This document shows, piece by piece, positions 20,229-28,561 of a DNA stretch of 64,000 nucleotides. The DNA is from Abditibacterium sp. (lineage in GTDB: Bacteria; Armatimonadota; Abditibacteriia; Abditibacteriales; Abditibacteriaceae), in assembly GCA_965246885.1 (NCBI GenBank), contig OZ251992.1:1632001-1696000 (forward strand), written 5' to 3'. Within the stretch, counting starts at the first letter, position 1. Every line of letters begins with the position of its first letter. The notes beneath the pieces are model-generated. The model was not told the DNA's origin and did no database searches. It worked only from the letters and a program-made list of their open reading frames with translations. The position numbers were made by a program, and so were the translations under genes.

Positions 20229-20349
20229 AGTGGGCGCCGATTCTCCTTGCAACTTCGGCACCGAAAGACACAGACGCACAACTCGGCGACCGGGTGCAAG
20301 GAAGCGTTGGCGCGCTTCTGTTTCCCGTCGGCGCATGTCTGTCAGTTAT

Positions 20350-20416
20350 TCCCGCATGCACGCCGATGACTCCCGCATGCATGCCGATGACTCACGCGAG
20401 CGCGTGAGTCATCGGC
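20350..20416. repeat. 21-bp tandem repeat ending in a 16-bp fold-back
   Basis: TCCCGCATGCAYGCCGATGAC x2, then GCCGATGACTCACGCG-AG-CGCGTGAGTCATCGGC. Confidence 0.85.
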
Positions 20417-20463
20417 GCGACCCGGTGGAAGAGCGGCGCGGGCCGGTCATTCCCCGCCATGAC

Positions 20464-21681
20464 CTAACTTGCTTTGTCGTCCAGCACGGCGACACCGGGC
20501 AGTTCGCCGCCTTCCAGAAACTCCAGACTCGCGCCGCCTCCGGTCGAAACGTGGCTCATGCGGTTGTCCAAATCCATCCCCTTGACCGCCGCCGCGCTGT
20601 CGCCGCCGCCGATTATGGTCAGAGCGCCTTTGTCAGTGGCACGGGCGACGGCTTTGGCGACCTCTAACGTGCCGCGCGCGAAGGGCGCCACTTCAAAGCG
20701 GCCCATCGGCCCATTCCACAAGACGGTTTTGGCCTGCTCGATAATGGCGGTGTAGTTGGCGGTGGTTTCCGGCCCGATGTCCATGCCCATCATGTTGAGC
20801 GGAATCATGCCTGCCGGGACGTGCTCGACGTGCGCGTCCGCCGCGTCCTTGTCGGCGACCAGAAAGTCGGACGGCAAGCGGAAGTCATAGCCCTTTTCTT
20901 TGGCAAGGGCAATCAGTTCCCCGGCAATGGGCGCGTCTTCCTCTTTGAAATAGCTCGTCCCGACGGGGCGACTTTGGGCGCGCTCGAACGCGTAGGCCAT
21001 CGCGCCGCCCACCAAAAGCGTGTCCACTTTGGGAAGCAAGTTGCGGATGACGCCGATTTTGTCCGAAACTTTCACGCCGCCCAAAATCGCCACAAACGGG
21101 CGCTCCGGGTTGTGCAGCAGTTGCCCCAAGAACTCCAACTCGCGCGCCATCAGTAACCCCGCGACGCAGGGGTGGCCGTCGCGTTTGAGGACGCGGGCGA
21201 CGCCTTCGGTTGAAGCGTGCGCGCGGTGAGCCGCGCCAAACGCGTCGTTGACATACACGTCGTAATTCGGTTCGGCGAGGGCTTGGGCAAAGAGTGGGTC
21301 GTTCGCTTCTTCGCCGGGATAAAAGCGGGTGTTTTCGAGCAGAAGTATTTGCCCCGGCACAAGCGAGCGCACCATCGCCGTCGCTTCGAGGCCAACGGCT
21401 TGCGTGGCGTAGTGGACATCGCGCTTCATCAAATCTTGCAGGTAAGTGGCGATAGGCTTGAGGCGCAGCGATTCGACGACCTGCCCTTTGGGACGCCCGA
21501 AGTGCGACGCCAGTACGACGCTGGCACCCGCGTCGAGCAAGTATTGGATGGTGGGGAGGGTTTCGCGGATGCGGGCATCGTCGCTGATCTTCCCGGTTGT
21601 CTCGTCCAACGGCACGTTGTAATCCACGCGCACAAGGCAACGCTTGCCGTGCAAATCAATGTCTTTGATGGTCTTTTTCAT
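20464..21681 (-). CDS. pgk: phosphoglycerate kinase
   Basis: RVDYNVP, SHFGRP, NDAFGAAHRAHAS, WNGPMG and STGGGASLE. Confidence 0.98.
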   Translation of the reverse strand: MKKTIKDIDLHGKRCLVRVDYNVPLDETTGKISDDARIRETLPTIQYLLDAGASVVLASHFGRPKGQVVESLRLKPIATYLQDLMKRDVHYATQAVGLEATAMVRSLVPGQILLLENTRFYPGEEANDPLFAQALAEPNYDVYVNDAFGAAHRAHASTEGVARVLKRDGHPCVAGLLMARELEFLGQLLHNPERPFVAILGGVKVSDKIGVIRNLLPKVDTLLVGGAMAYAFERAQSRPVGTSYFKEEDAPIAGELIALAKEKGYDFRLPSDFLVADKDAADAHVEHVPAGMIPLNMMGMDIGPETTANYTAIIEQAKTVLWNGPMGRFEVAPFARGTLEVAKAVARATDKGALTIIGGGDSAAAVKGMDLDNRMSHVSTGGGASLEFLEGGELPGVAVLDDKAS

Positions 21682-21772
21682 AGTTCCAAGCGCCCAAAGG
21701 ATACCGGCGACGCCGCCCCTACTCGCAAATGCGCGCCCAAACTTCGGGTCTTCTTACACTTCAAGCCAGCCG

Positions 21773-22192
21773 ATGCCTATGCCCCGTTCCAGCACCTTCT
21801 TCCTGCTGAGCGCCGCGCTCTCCTTGTTGTCAGTTGCCGCACGCGCCCACCCGCACACGCCGCGCAAAGGCTCGCCCGAACGCGCCGCGATTATGAGCGC
21901 TCTGCACCGTGCCTTGGGAAGCGGCAAACATACGCCGCGCGTGACGACGGATACCTTCAACGTCGAACGCGGCTGGGCGTACGTGACGGGCGGCTTCGAT
22001 TACGCCGACGGCGCCCCGCTCGAAGAGGAGTTCCGCGAAGGCCCCGGCTCCAGCTTTGATGCCCTGTTGCACCGCGAAGGCAAGAGTTGGCGCGTCAAGC
22101 GCCGCGTCTATGCGGGCGATGTCGAGGAACCCGAATTCATGCGCGACTTCCCCCAAGCGCCCCGCTCGATTTTCAAGGGGAAAGCGAATTAA
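21773..22192 (+). CDS. hypothetical secreted protein
   Basis: signal peptide ending ARA; TPxxGSPERxAI motif. Confidence 0.65.
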   Translation: MPMPRSSTFFLLSAALSLLSVAARAHPHTPRKGSPERAAIMSALHRALGSGKHTPRVTTDTFNVERGWAYVTGGFDYADGAPLEEEFREGPGSSFDALLHREGKSWRVKRRVYAGDVEEPEFMRDFPQAPRSIFKGKAN

Positions 22193-23457
22193 ACCTCCAC
22201 TTCGGGCACGCGCGGCAACCGCAACAAGCGCCCGTTTTCGAGCCAGAGGAGCAGCGCGCCCCACAATCCGGCGCCCCACAAGCGCGCGACTGTCGGCGCG
22301 AGCGATAGGACGAGGGCGCCCGTTATCACCACGAACAGCGTGTAGGCCCACCGGTTCGTCGCGCGCTTTGCCCACAACGCGCGCGCTTGCCAGACGAGTG
22401 GCACAAAGGCCGCGAAAGCGTAAACTGCGTAGCGCGATTTCGCGCCGGGGAGGACGAGGAACAGCGCCGCACTCCATAGCCCCAGCGACAGAAGCAACGC
22501 GCGCGCCTCATCTTCCCGTCCGTCGCGCCGCCACAGCCAGAAGACAAGCGTGGCAAGCAAGATGAGCGCGCGCAAGGGGTTGACGAAACGCAGCACGGTT
22601 GCGGGCGCAAGGCGCAGATGCGGTGGGGCGCCACGCGGTTCAGGCAAATCGGCCAAAAAGCGCAGCATCACGGCGTCCATGCCGTGATTGGAAGTCGAAA
22701 CCACGCTTTGGGATTCCGACAAACGGCCTGAGGGCGACAGCACGATGTTGTGCCAGAACGCGCTTTGTAAGGTGGCGGTGCGCGCCCCGTAGAACAGCGT
22801 CGGCACCCCCCATGTCCACAGCGCAAAGCACGCGGCGAAGACCAGCACAAAGCGCGGCCACTTCTTGAAGGGTAAGGCGCAAAGCGGCACCAGCAAGAGC
22901 AGCGCCGGATACAGCTTGATGGCCGCCGGAAGCGCCAAGACAAGCGCCGCCGCATCCAGTCGCTTCGCCAGTCCTGCCCATAGAGCAAGCAACCAGCACA
23001 CGGCGAAAAGCAGGCTGTATTGTCCCACTTGCAGCGAAGTTGCGCCCATAAGGAGCAGCAGTCCCGCCAAAATCTCGAAGGGCGCGGTGCCTGCCTCGCG
23101 GGGCGAAACGTGACGCAAAATCGCCCGTAATGCAACGGCCCCCACTCCGGCAAAGACGAAGTTCTCCCCGACCCATATCAAGCTCGCCGCGCGGAAGGAC
23201 AGGCCAGCAGTGGGCGCGAACCACATCATCCCGGCAGGCGGGATACAGCGATACCAGTGCGTGACCGCATCGTGTCCGCCATACATCTCGCCGCCTGCGC
23301 CGTTCCGCAACAGCACCGCCGTGCGCAGAAACACCCCCAAGTCGCTACTCCCACCCGCGCCGCGCCCCAGCGCTGAAACGCCTTCGGCCACCAAGACAAC
23401 GGCGCCCAGCCACAGCCACAAGCGCGACCACGAAACGCGCGAGAAGAAGGAGGTCAT
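22189..23457 (-). CDS. GT87/DUF2029-like polytopic glycosyltransferase
   Basis: D-L/F after TM1, YxxxPP, GQ and IKLYP motifs; many TM helices. Confidence 0.75.
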   Translation of the reverse strand: MTSFFSRVSWSRLWLWLGAVVLVAEGVSALGRGAGGSSDLGVFLRTAVLLRNGAGGEMYGGHDAVTHWYRCIPPAGMMWFAPTAGLSFRAASLIWVGENFVFAGVGAVALRAILRHVSPREAGTAPFEILAGLLLLMGATSLQVGQYSLLFAVCWLLALWAGLAKRLDAAALVLALPAAIKLYPALLLLVPLCALPFKKWPRFVLVFAACFALWTWGVPTLFYGARTATLQSAFWHNIVLSPSGRLSESQSVVSTSNHGMDAVMLRFLADLPEPRGAPPHLRLAPATVLRFVNPLRALILLATLVFWLWRRDGREDEARALLLSLGLWSAALFLVLPGAKSRYAVYAFAAFVPLVWQARALWAKRATNRWAYTLFVVITGALVLSLAPTVARLWGAGLWGALLLWLENGRLLRLPRVPEVEV

Positions 23458-23487
23458 GGGAATTGGGATGGGCGCCGCTCGGCCCCC

Positions 23488-24525
23488 TCACCCCGCTACC
23501 GGCGTTTTGGCGCGTAGCTCCTGCCACACCAACTCTGGCGCGATGCTGGCCATGCACGGCGGCGCGTCGCTACTTCCCATCGGCAGCAGGCGGCAGGTGC
23601 GGCCATGACACGGCACGCACGGAAGCGGAACTTGCGGCCCCAAATTGCGCGCGTGGTCGCCGATTAGCCCCAACCTCTCCGGCGAAGTCGGGCCGTAGAG
23701 CGCGACAGTTGGCGTTTCCAAGGCGCCGGACAGATGCGAGAAGCCCGTATCCAGCCCAACCACGCCGCTTGCTTCGACGAGCTTTTCGGCGACTTCGCGG
23801 ATGGACAACCGCGAGGGCGAGCGCGTCACTTGCGGGTGCACGGCGATGACCGCATCCGCAAGAGCGCGCTCACTCTCGCTTCCCCAGATGAGTTCGACTT
23901 CGTGCCCCTCGGCCAGAGCCAAGCCCGCGAGCGTCTTCCAATGGTGCGTCGCCCACATCTTCGATTTCCACGTCGTGCCCACGATGAAGACGACTTTGTT
24001 CGCCTCCCGTTCGACGCCCTCGAAGTGGTGGTTGACGCCAAAGGAGAGCTTATCGTCGGCGAGCGAGTAGCCAAAAACGGACGCGAACAGTTCGCGCAGT
24101 TGCTCGACGGCGTGCGCGCCCTTGCTCGCAGGATGGCGGACGTTGTAGAAACGGCTGTTGAGCCTGCGCCTCACCGAGTCGCGGTCGAAGCCATGAACGG
24201 CGCCCTTGCGCGCTAAACCCGCGACGACCACGCTTTTGAAAATGCCCTGCGCGTCTATCACCAAGTCGTATTTCGTGCGCCGCAAGCCCCGCACCCACCC
24301 GACGGCTTCGCGCAAACCCCGCAGACTTTTGTCCTTGACCCAGCGCCGCGCGCCGATGGGAATGACGCGCGCCACGCCGGGGTGCCACGAGGCGATTTCG
24401 GCGAAGTTTTCCTCGACGACCCAATGGATATTGACTTCCGGGTGGCGCCGCTTGAGGTCGGTGATGGCGGGGTAAGAATGAAAGATGTCGCCCATCGAGG
24501 ACATCTTAATCAGTAAAACGTTCAT
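23488..24525 (-). CDS. waaC: GT9 LPS heptosyltransferase I-like
   Basis: LLIKMSSMGD, DAQG..KS, DTGFSHL and LYGPT. Confidence 0.82.
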   Translation of the reverse strand: MNVLLIKMSSMGDIFHSYPAITDLKRRHPEVNIHWVVEENFAEIASWHPGVARVIPIGARRWVKDKSLRGLREAVGWVRGLRRTKYDLVIDAQGIFKSVVVAGLARKGAVHGFDRDSVRRRLNSRFYNVRHPASKGAHAVEQLRELFASVFGYSLADDKLSFGVNHHFEGVEREANKVVFIVGTTWKSKMWATHHWKTLAGLALAEGHEVELIWGSESERALADAVIAVHPQVTRSPSRLSIREVAEKLVEASGVVGLDTGFSHLSGALETPTVALYGPTSPERLGLIGDHARNLGPQVPLPCVPCHGRTCRLLPMGSSDAPPCMASIAPELVWQELRAKTPVAG

Positions 24526-24536
24526 CGGGAGGGGGG

Positions 24537-24941
24537 CTACGGGCCGTACTCCTGATAAGATTTCTCCTCCACAAGCGCCGAGCCAAAGTGGGTGTTGATG
24601 CGCTTTTTGATGGCCGCGCGCTCGTCGTTGACGTGATACACGGCGCGCGCCAAGGCGATAAATTCGGCGCTGAACTGTTCGCGCCGCTCGCAGTCGCGGA
24701 TGTCGTCCTCGATTGTCCACAGTTTCTCGTTGACCGCGCGCAGTTCCTCCTTCATCGGCGCCAATTCACCCATCTGCGCCGCGTTTAAGGCGCCCGCCAA
24801 CACGCGGCTCAGGGCGTCCAACTCGCGCCGGACGTTGCTGAGCTTGGCGGCATCGGCGATGTTCTCCGTTTTGATTTCCAAAATTGTAATCTTGTCTACC
24901 AACTCGCCAAGAGAAATGGGCGCGTGAAAAGTCACACCCAC
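24537..24941 (-). CDS. DUF6165 family protein
   Basis: SLGELVDKITILEIK, LWTIEDDIR, ARAVYxxND.R and EEKSY; start may be GTG 24935. Confidence 0.85.
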   Translation of the reverse strand: MGVTFHAPISLGELVDKITILEIKTENIADAAKLSNVRRELDALSRVLAGALNAAQMGELAPMKEELRAVNEKLWTIEDDIRDCERREQFSAEFIALARAVYHVNDERAAIKKRINTHFGSALVEEKSYQEYGP

Positions 24942-24958
24942 AATTTACCGTAAGAACC

Positions 24959-25130
24959 CGCCCAAGACAAAAACGGAACCGTCAAAGACCAGAACAGACC
25001 CGTCCCAGACGAAGTCAGAACCGTCCCGGACGAAGTCAGCGGCGTCCCGGACGAAGTCAGCGGCGTCCCGGACGAAGTCAGAGGCGTCCCAGACGGAGTC
25101 AGAGGCGTCCCAGACGAAGTCAGAGGCGTC
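24959..25130. repeat. 21-bp tandem array of about 8 units, degenerating leftward
   Basis: consensus CGTCCCRGACGAAGTCAGMGG, units at 24959, 24980, 25001, 25022, 25043, 25064, 25085 and 25106. Confidence 0.92.
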
Positions 25131-25147
25131 ATGGATGGGAAAGAAAC

Positions 25148-25299
25148 GTTCGTAGTAGCGCCCTAAGGCGCGTTACTCGCGCCAAATAACGCGCCTCACG
25201 GCGCTACTACGAACTCGCTTCGCGTCAAATCCGTTTGTAGTAGCGCCGTGAGGCGCGTTATTTGGCGCGAGTAACGCGCCTTAGGGCGCTACTACGAAC
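25148..25299. repeat. REP/BIME-like element: two inverted 67-bp REP doublets
   Basis: 25148-25214 and 25233-25299 are reverse complements (1 mismatch); each is itself a GTAG...CTAC palindrome. Confidence 0.88.
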
Positions 25300-25316
25300 T
25301 TTGACGAACTTTGAGA

Positions 25317-28300
25317 CTACGAATTGGGAAATTCCGCCAATTCCGCGACCAGTGCGTTGGTGCGGTGCGCCACGTGCGCGACGCGGCGGATGAGGTCGAG
25401 GAGATAGCGCGGGTCGCCTTGGCGGTTGGGGTCGCTGGCCAAACCGGAGCGGGCGTCGGTTTTGACGCGCAGCGATTCGACGAGCCAATCGAGGGCGCTC
25501 CGGTTGCCCAATTTATACGCGAACAGGTCGCTCGTAAAGCCGTCGAGCGCGAGCGTCGGGTTGAGAACGAGGCTCGTTTTGTCGGCGTTCCACTTCATCT
25601 TTTCGACGCGATACGAGAGTTTGTCACCCCGCTCTTTCATCGCCTTGTCGCGCGTGTCGCGGGGGCGGAGCGGCTCGTGGAACGGCGCACTCTCGAAGCC
25701 GACGTGCAAATCGCCCAATTCGCGCCCAATTTCGGCGACGCGCGCGAACGGGAGCGGCCACAACGGGACGCGCGGCAGGTCGCGCTTGAGGTTCTCGGCG
25801 TATTTGGCGCGATACGTCGGGTGATGCAACAGCGCGTACACGAAGTGGAAGATGTCCTCTTTGGAAACCGCCTCGCCGTAAGCCGCGCGAAACCCCGCGA
25901 GGGCGTGCGCCGTGATGTTCTCCGTCCGCTCCGCCCCGTCGGGCGAGTAGGTGTAGAGCGGGAAACACTGCGAGTCGCCCGTAAGATGCCTATCGCCAAT
26001 GCAGTCGGTCATTAAACACATGAAGGGCGCCTGAACCCCGCTGTCGGAAACAACTATAAGCCGGTTCTCCGAGTCTGGTGTCGGGAAGTAGCGAGGTAAC
26101 AAGCCGGGATGATTGACCAGAATTGGGTCAAGGTAAATGTATTGTTTGCAAAAAGGGCGAAACAAGGCGGGGTAGATTTTCGCGTCATCGAACATGGCAC
26201 GCGCTCCCCGCAGCAAGTCCCGCTTCAAATTTCGGCTCCACTTGATTCCCGAATAATCCACGAAATCATCAACGGGCGTTTTGCGGTCGCTCAGTTGCCA
26301 GCGCGCCACCTCGGAGTTGTAAATCTCGATGAAACGCTTGATGTTCTCCTCCAACTTGGGACGTTGGAAATCGTAAACCACTTCGTCGCGGCTTGTTTGC
26401 GCGCCATTAGAGTAACTGCGAAAAACCGTCTCAATATCCGGCGAAAAGCTGGCTTTGGCGCTCTTGGTTCCAAGCGGCAGGAACGAATCGAAATCTTCGT
26501 CCATGCCTTCGGTCAGCCACACGTTGCGCGCGTTGGGTGCGAGCGTTTGCCATTCCACGCCGTCCACATTTTTCGCCGCTTGCAAGAAGGTCAGCTTTTC
26601 GCCGCGCCGCGCGGTTTCGGGGACGCGGTGGTAGCGGATGAACCGCTCTGATGAACTCGAATTGCGAACCAAAAGGGTGATGCCAACGCCGACTTGGATG
26701 CCGAAGACGTTGTGCGCCGTGCCGCTCAGCTTCGGGTTCTGGCGCACGTTGCCGTGCAAGTCGAGGTGCCAGATGTGGTTGAAGCGCGCGCCCAACACGC
26801 TCCTCATGCCGTCGAAGGCGAACTGGTCAACGAACGAGTTATTGGTCACGAAGCAGATGATGCCGTCCCCGCCGTTCAACCGCTCTTCGGCCCATTTGAA
26901 GAAGCGCACATACGGGTCGTAAAGCGCGTTTTTGTTGGTCGCGCCCGATGCTTTGGCGTAAGTCGCTTTGATGGCGGCGTCCAACTGGGGGTAGGCGCGG
27001 TTTTTGTTGTTGTCGTTCTCGTTCTTTTGGCCGACGTTGTAGGGCGGGTTGCCGATGATGACGGTGATGGGCGCGGCCATTTCGCGTTCGACGCGCTCGG
27101 CGTTTTCCTCGTCGAACTCTTTGATGGTCAGTTGGCTGCCCTTGAACAGGTCGAGCGTGTCGGCGAAGCACAGCCCCTCGAACGCGCGGTATTCGGGAAA
27201 GGTGTCGAAGTATTTGTGTTCGATGTTGCCCGCCGCGATGTAGTAGGGCAGGAGCATGATCTCGTTGGCCCACAGTTCGCGGTTGTATTTGGCTTCGAGG
27301 GCGAAGGGTTGGCCGAGGTCGTTGGCGATGAAGTCCATCACGCGCACGAGGAAGTTGCCCGTGCCGGTGCAAGGGTCGAGAATATGCACGCCCTCATCGG
27401 CGAGCGAGCGGTTCCACTCGGCTTGCAGGGTTTGTTCGACCGAACTCACCATCCAGTTGACGATTTCTTGGGGCGTATACACGATGCCCATCGTGTCGGC
27501 GCTGTCGGCGGAGTAGTTCTGGAAAAACTTCTCGTAAACCGTGTTCAAAAACGCCTGCTTGTCGCTCCACAATTCGATGGTGGCGCCGGTTTTTTCGATT
27601 TCGGTGTAGTAGTGGTCGAGCGGCGCGAGAAACTTGTCGCGCGAAAACTTGCGCGCCGTGAGCGCGTGGATGACCTTTTCGATTTCGCGCGCGACTGCGT
27701 TGTGTTGCACCCAGTCCGAACTCGAAAACACCCCGCGAAACAGCCGCTCGGTGAGCAAGTGCTGAATCAACATCTCGCGCACCGCCTCGACTTTGATGCC
27801 CGGATTGAGCGCGCTTTTGCATAAGGCGAAGAAGCCGTCGAACGCCTTTTTGAAGCGCGCGCTTTCGCTCAGTTCAACGGCAATCAGTTCGTCCAACGCG
27901 CGGGCGACAGTCGGTATATGGAGCGAGAAGCCCTCCATCGCTGCCTTGAAGCCAACGCGGTCTTCGGGCGAGTAACCAAAGAACTGGTCGAGCAGGGCCG
28001 TCAATTCGTCCCGCTTCTGGATATTGAACGTCGGCCCGCGCCGCCCGTTTTGGAACAAGACCGCCGTGCGCGTGTCCTCGAAGATGGTGTTGCTCGTCGG
28101 GTAGCCGATGGCGATTTTCTTCCCGATTTCGGCGTCCAACTTGTCCTTTTCATCCTTGGCTTCCCAGTAGCCAAAGGGGAAGCGCGCTTTGGTGCGAATC
28201 ACGCCGTCAATGAACTTCCCTTTCGCCACGTCCGCTTCGCCGACAAACACGAGGTCGCGCGCCTCGCTTTGCTCGATCAGCAGCGACTTAAACGCGCTCT

Positions 28301-28388
28301 GGGTGTTCTTCTCGTTGGCAAACCCCTGCTCTTTGATGTCGCGCAAGCGGATGTAGTAGTTGTCAAGGGAAGTTTCAAGGGCCAGCAT
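25317..28388 (-). CDS. single-chain R-M enzyme: N6-adenine MTase plus type ISP-like TRD, no helicase
   Basis: DG...WEAK nuclease-like motif, YTP, DPCTGTG, GNPPY, LHGN and RPF; 1023 aa. Confidence 0.88.
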   Translation of the reverse strand: MLALETSLDNYYIRLRDIKEQGFANEKNTQSAFKSLLIEQSEARDLVFVGEADVAKGKFIDGVIRTKARFPFGYWEAKDEKDKLDAEIGKKIAIGYPTSNTIFEDTRTAVLFQNGRRGPTFNIQKRDELTALLDQFFGYSPEDRVGFKAAMEGFSLHIPTVARALDELIAVELSESARFKKAFDGFFALCKSALNPGIKVEAVREMLIQHLLTERLFRGVFSSSDWVQHNAVAREIEKVIHALTARKFSRDKFLAPLDHYYTEIEKTGATIELWSDKQAFLNTVYEKFFQNYSADSADTMGIVYTPQEIVNWMVSSVEQTLQAEWNRSLADEGVHILDPCTGTGNFLVRVMDFIANDLGQPFALEAKYNRELWANEIMLLPYYIAAGNIEHKYFDTFPEYRAFEGLCFADTLDLFKGSQLTIKEFDEENAERVEREMAAPITVIIGNPPYNVGQKNENDNNKNRAYPQLDAAIKATYAKASGATNKNALYDPYVRFFKWAEERLNGGDGIICFVTNNSFVDQFAFDGMRSVLGARFNHIWHLDLHGNVRQNPKLSGTAHNVFGIQVGVGITLLVRNSSSSERFIRYHRVPETARRGEKLTFLQAAKNVDGVEWQTLAPNARNVWLTEGMDEDFDSFLPLGTKSAKASFSPDIETVFRSYSNGAQTSRDEVVYDFQRPKLEENIKRFIEIYNSEVARWQLSDRKTPVDDFVDYSGIKWSRNLKRDLLRGARAMFDDAKIYPALFRPFCKQYIYLDPILVNHPGLLPRYFPTPDSENRLIVVSDSGVQAPFMCLMTDCIGDRHLTGDSQCFPLYTYSPDGAERTENITAHALAGFRAAYGEAVSKEDIFHFVYALLHHPTYRAKYAENLKRDLPRVPLWPLPFARVAEIGRELGDLHVGFESAPFHEPLRPRDTRDKAMKERGDKLSYRVEKMKWNADKTSLVLNPTLALDGFTSDLFAYKLGNRSALDWLVESLRVKTDARSGLASDPNRQGDPRYLLDLIRRVAHVAHRTNALVAELAEFPNS

Positions 28389-28561
28389 GGGCGGGCAGTT
28401 TAAATCGCCGCGATGGAGCGGGGCTACCGCCCTTTTTCAATCTCCGGCTCATCGGTTGAGCGGAAGAGTAGGGTAGTCCCGTTCCCCTCTATCTCTTCCA
28501 ATCACCGGCCTCGTTTCTTCCAAGTAGGGAGTAATGGTATATTATCTTTCGAGGGAATACT

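Noticed and set aside
24959..25130. CRISPR array
   Set aside because: Units are contiguous 21-mers without unique spacers, and there are no cas genes in the window.
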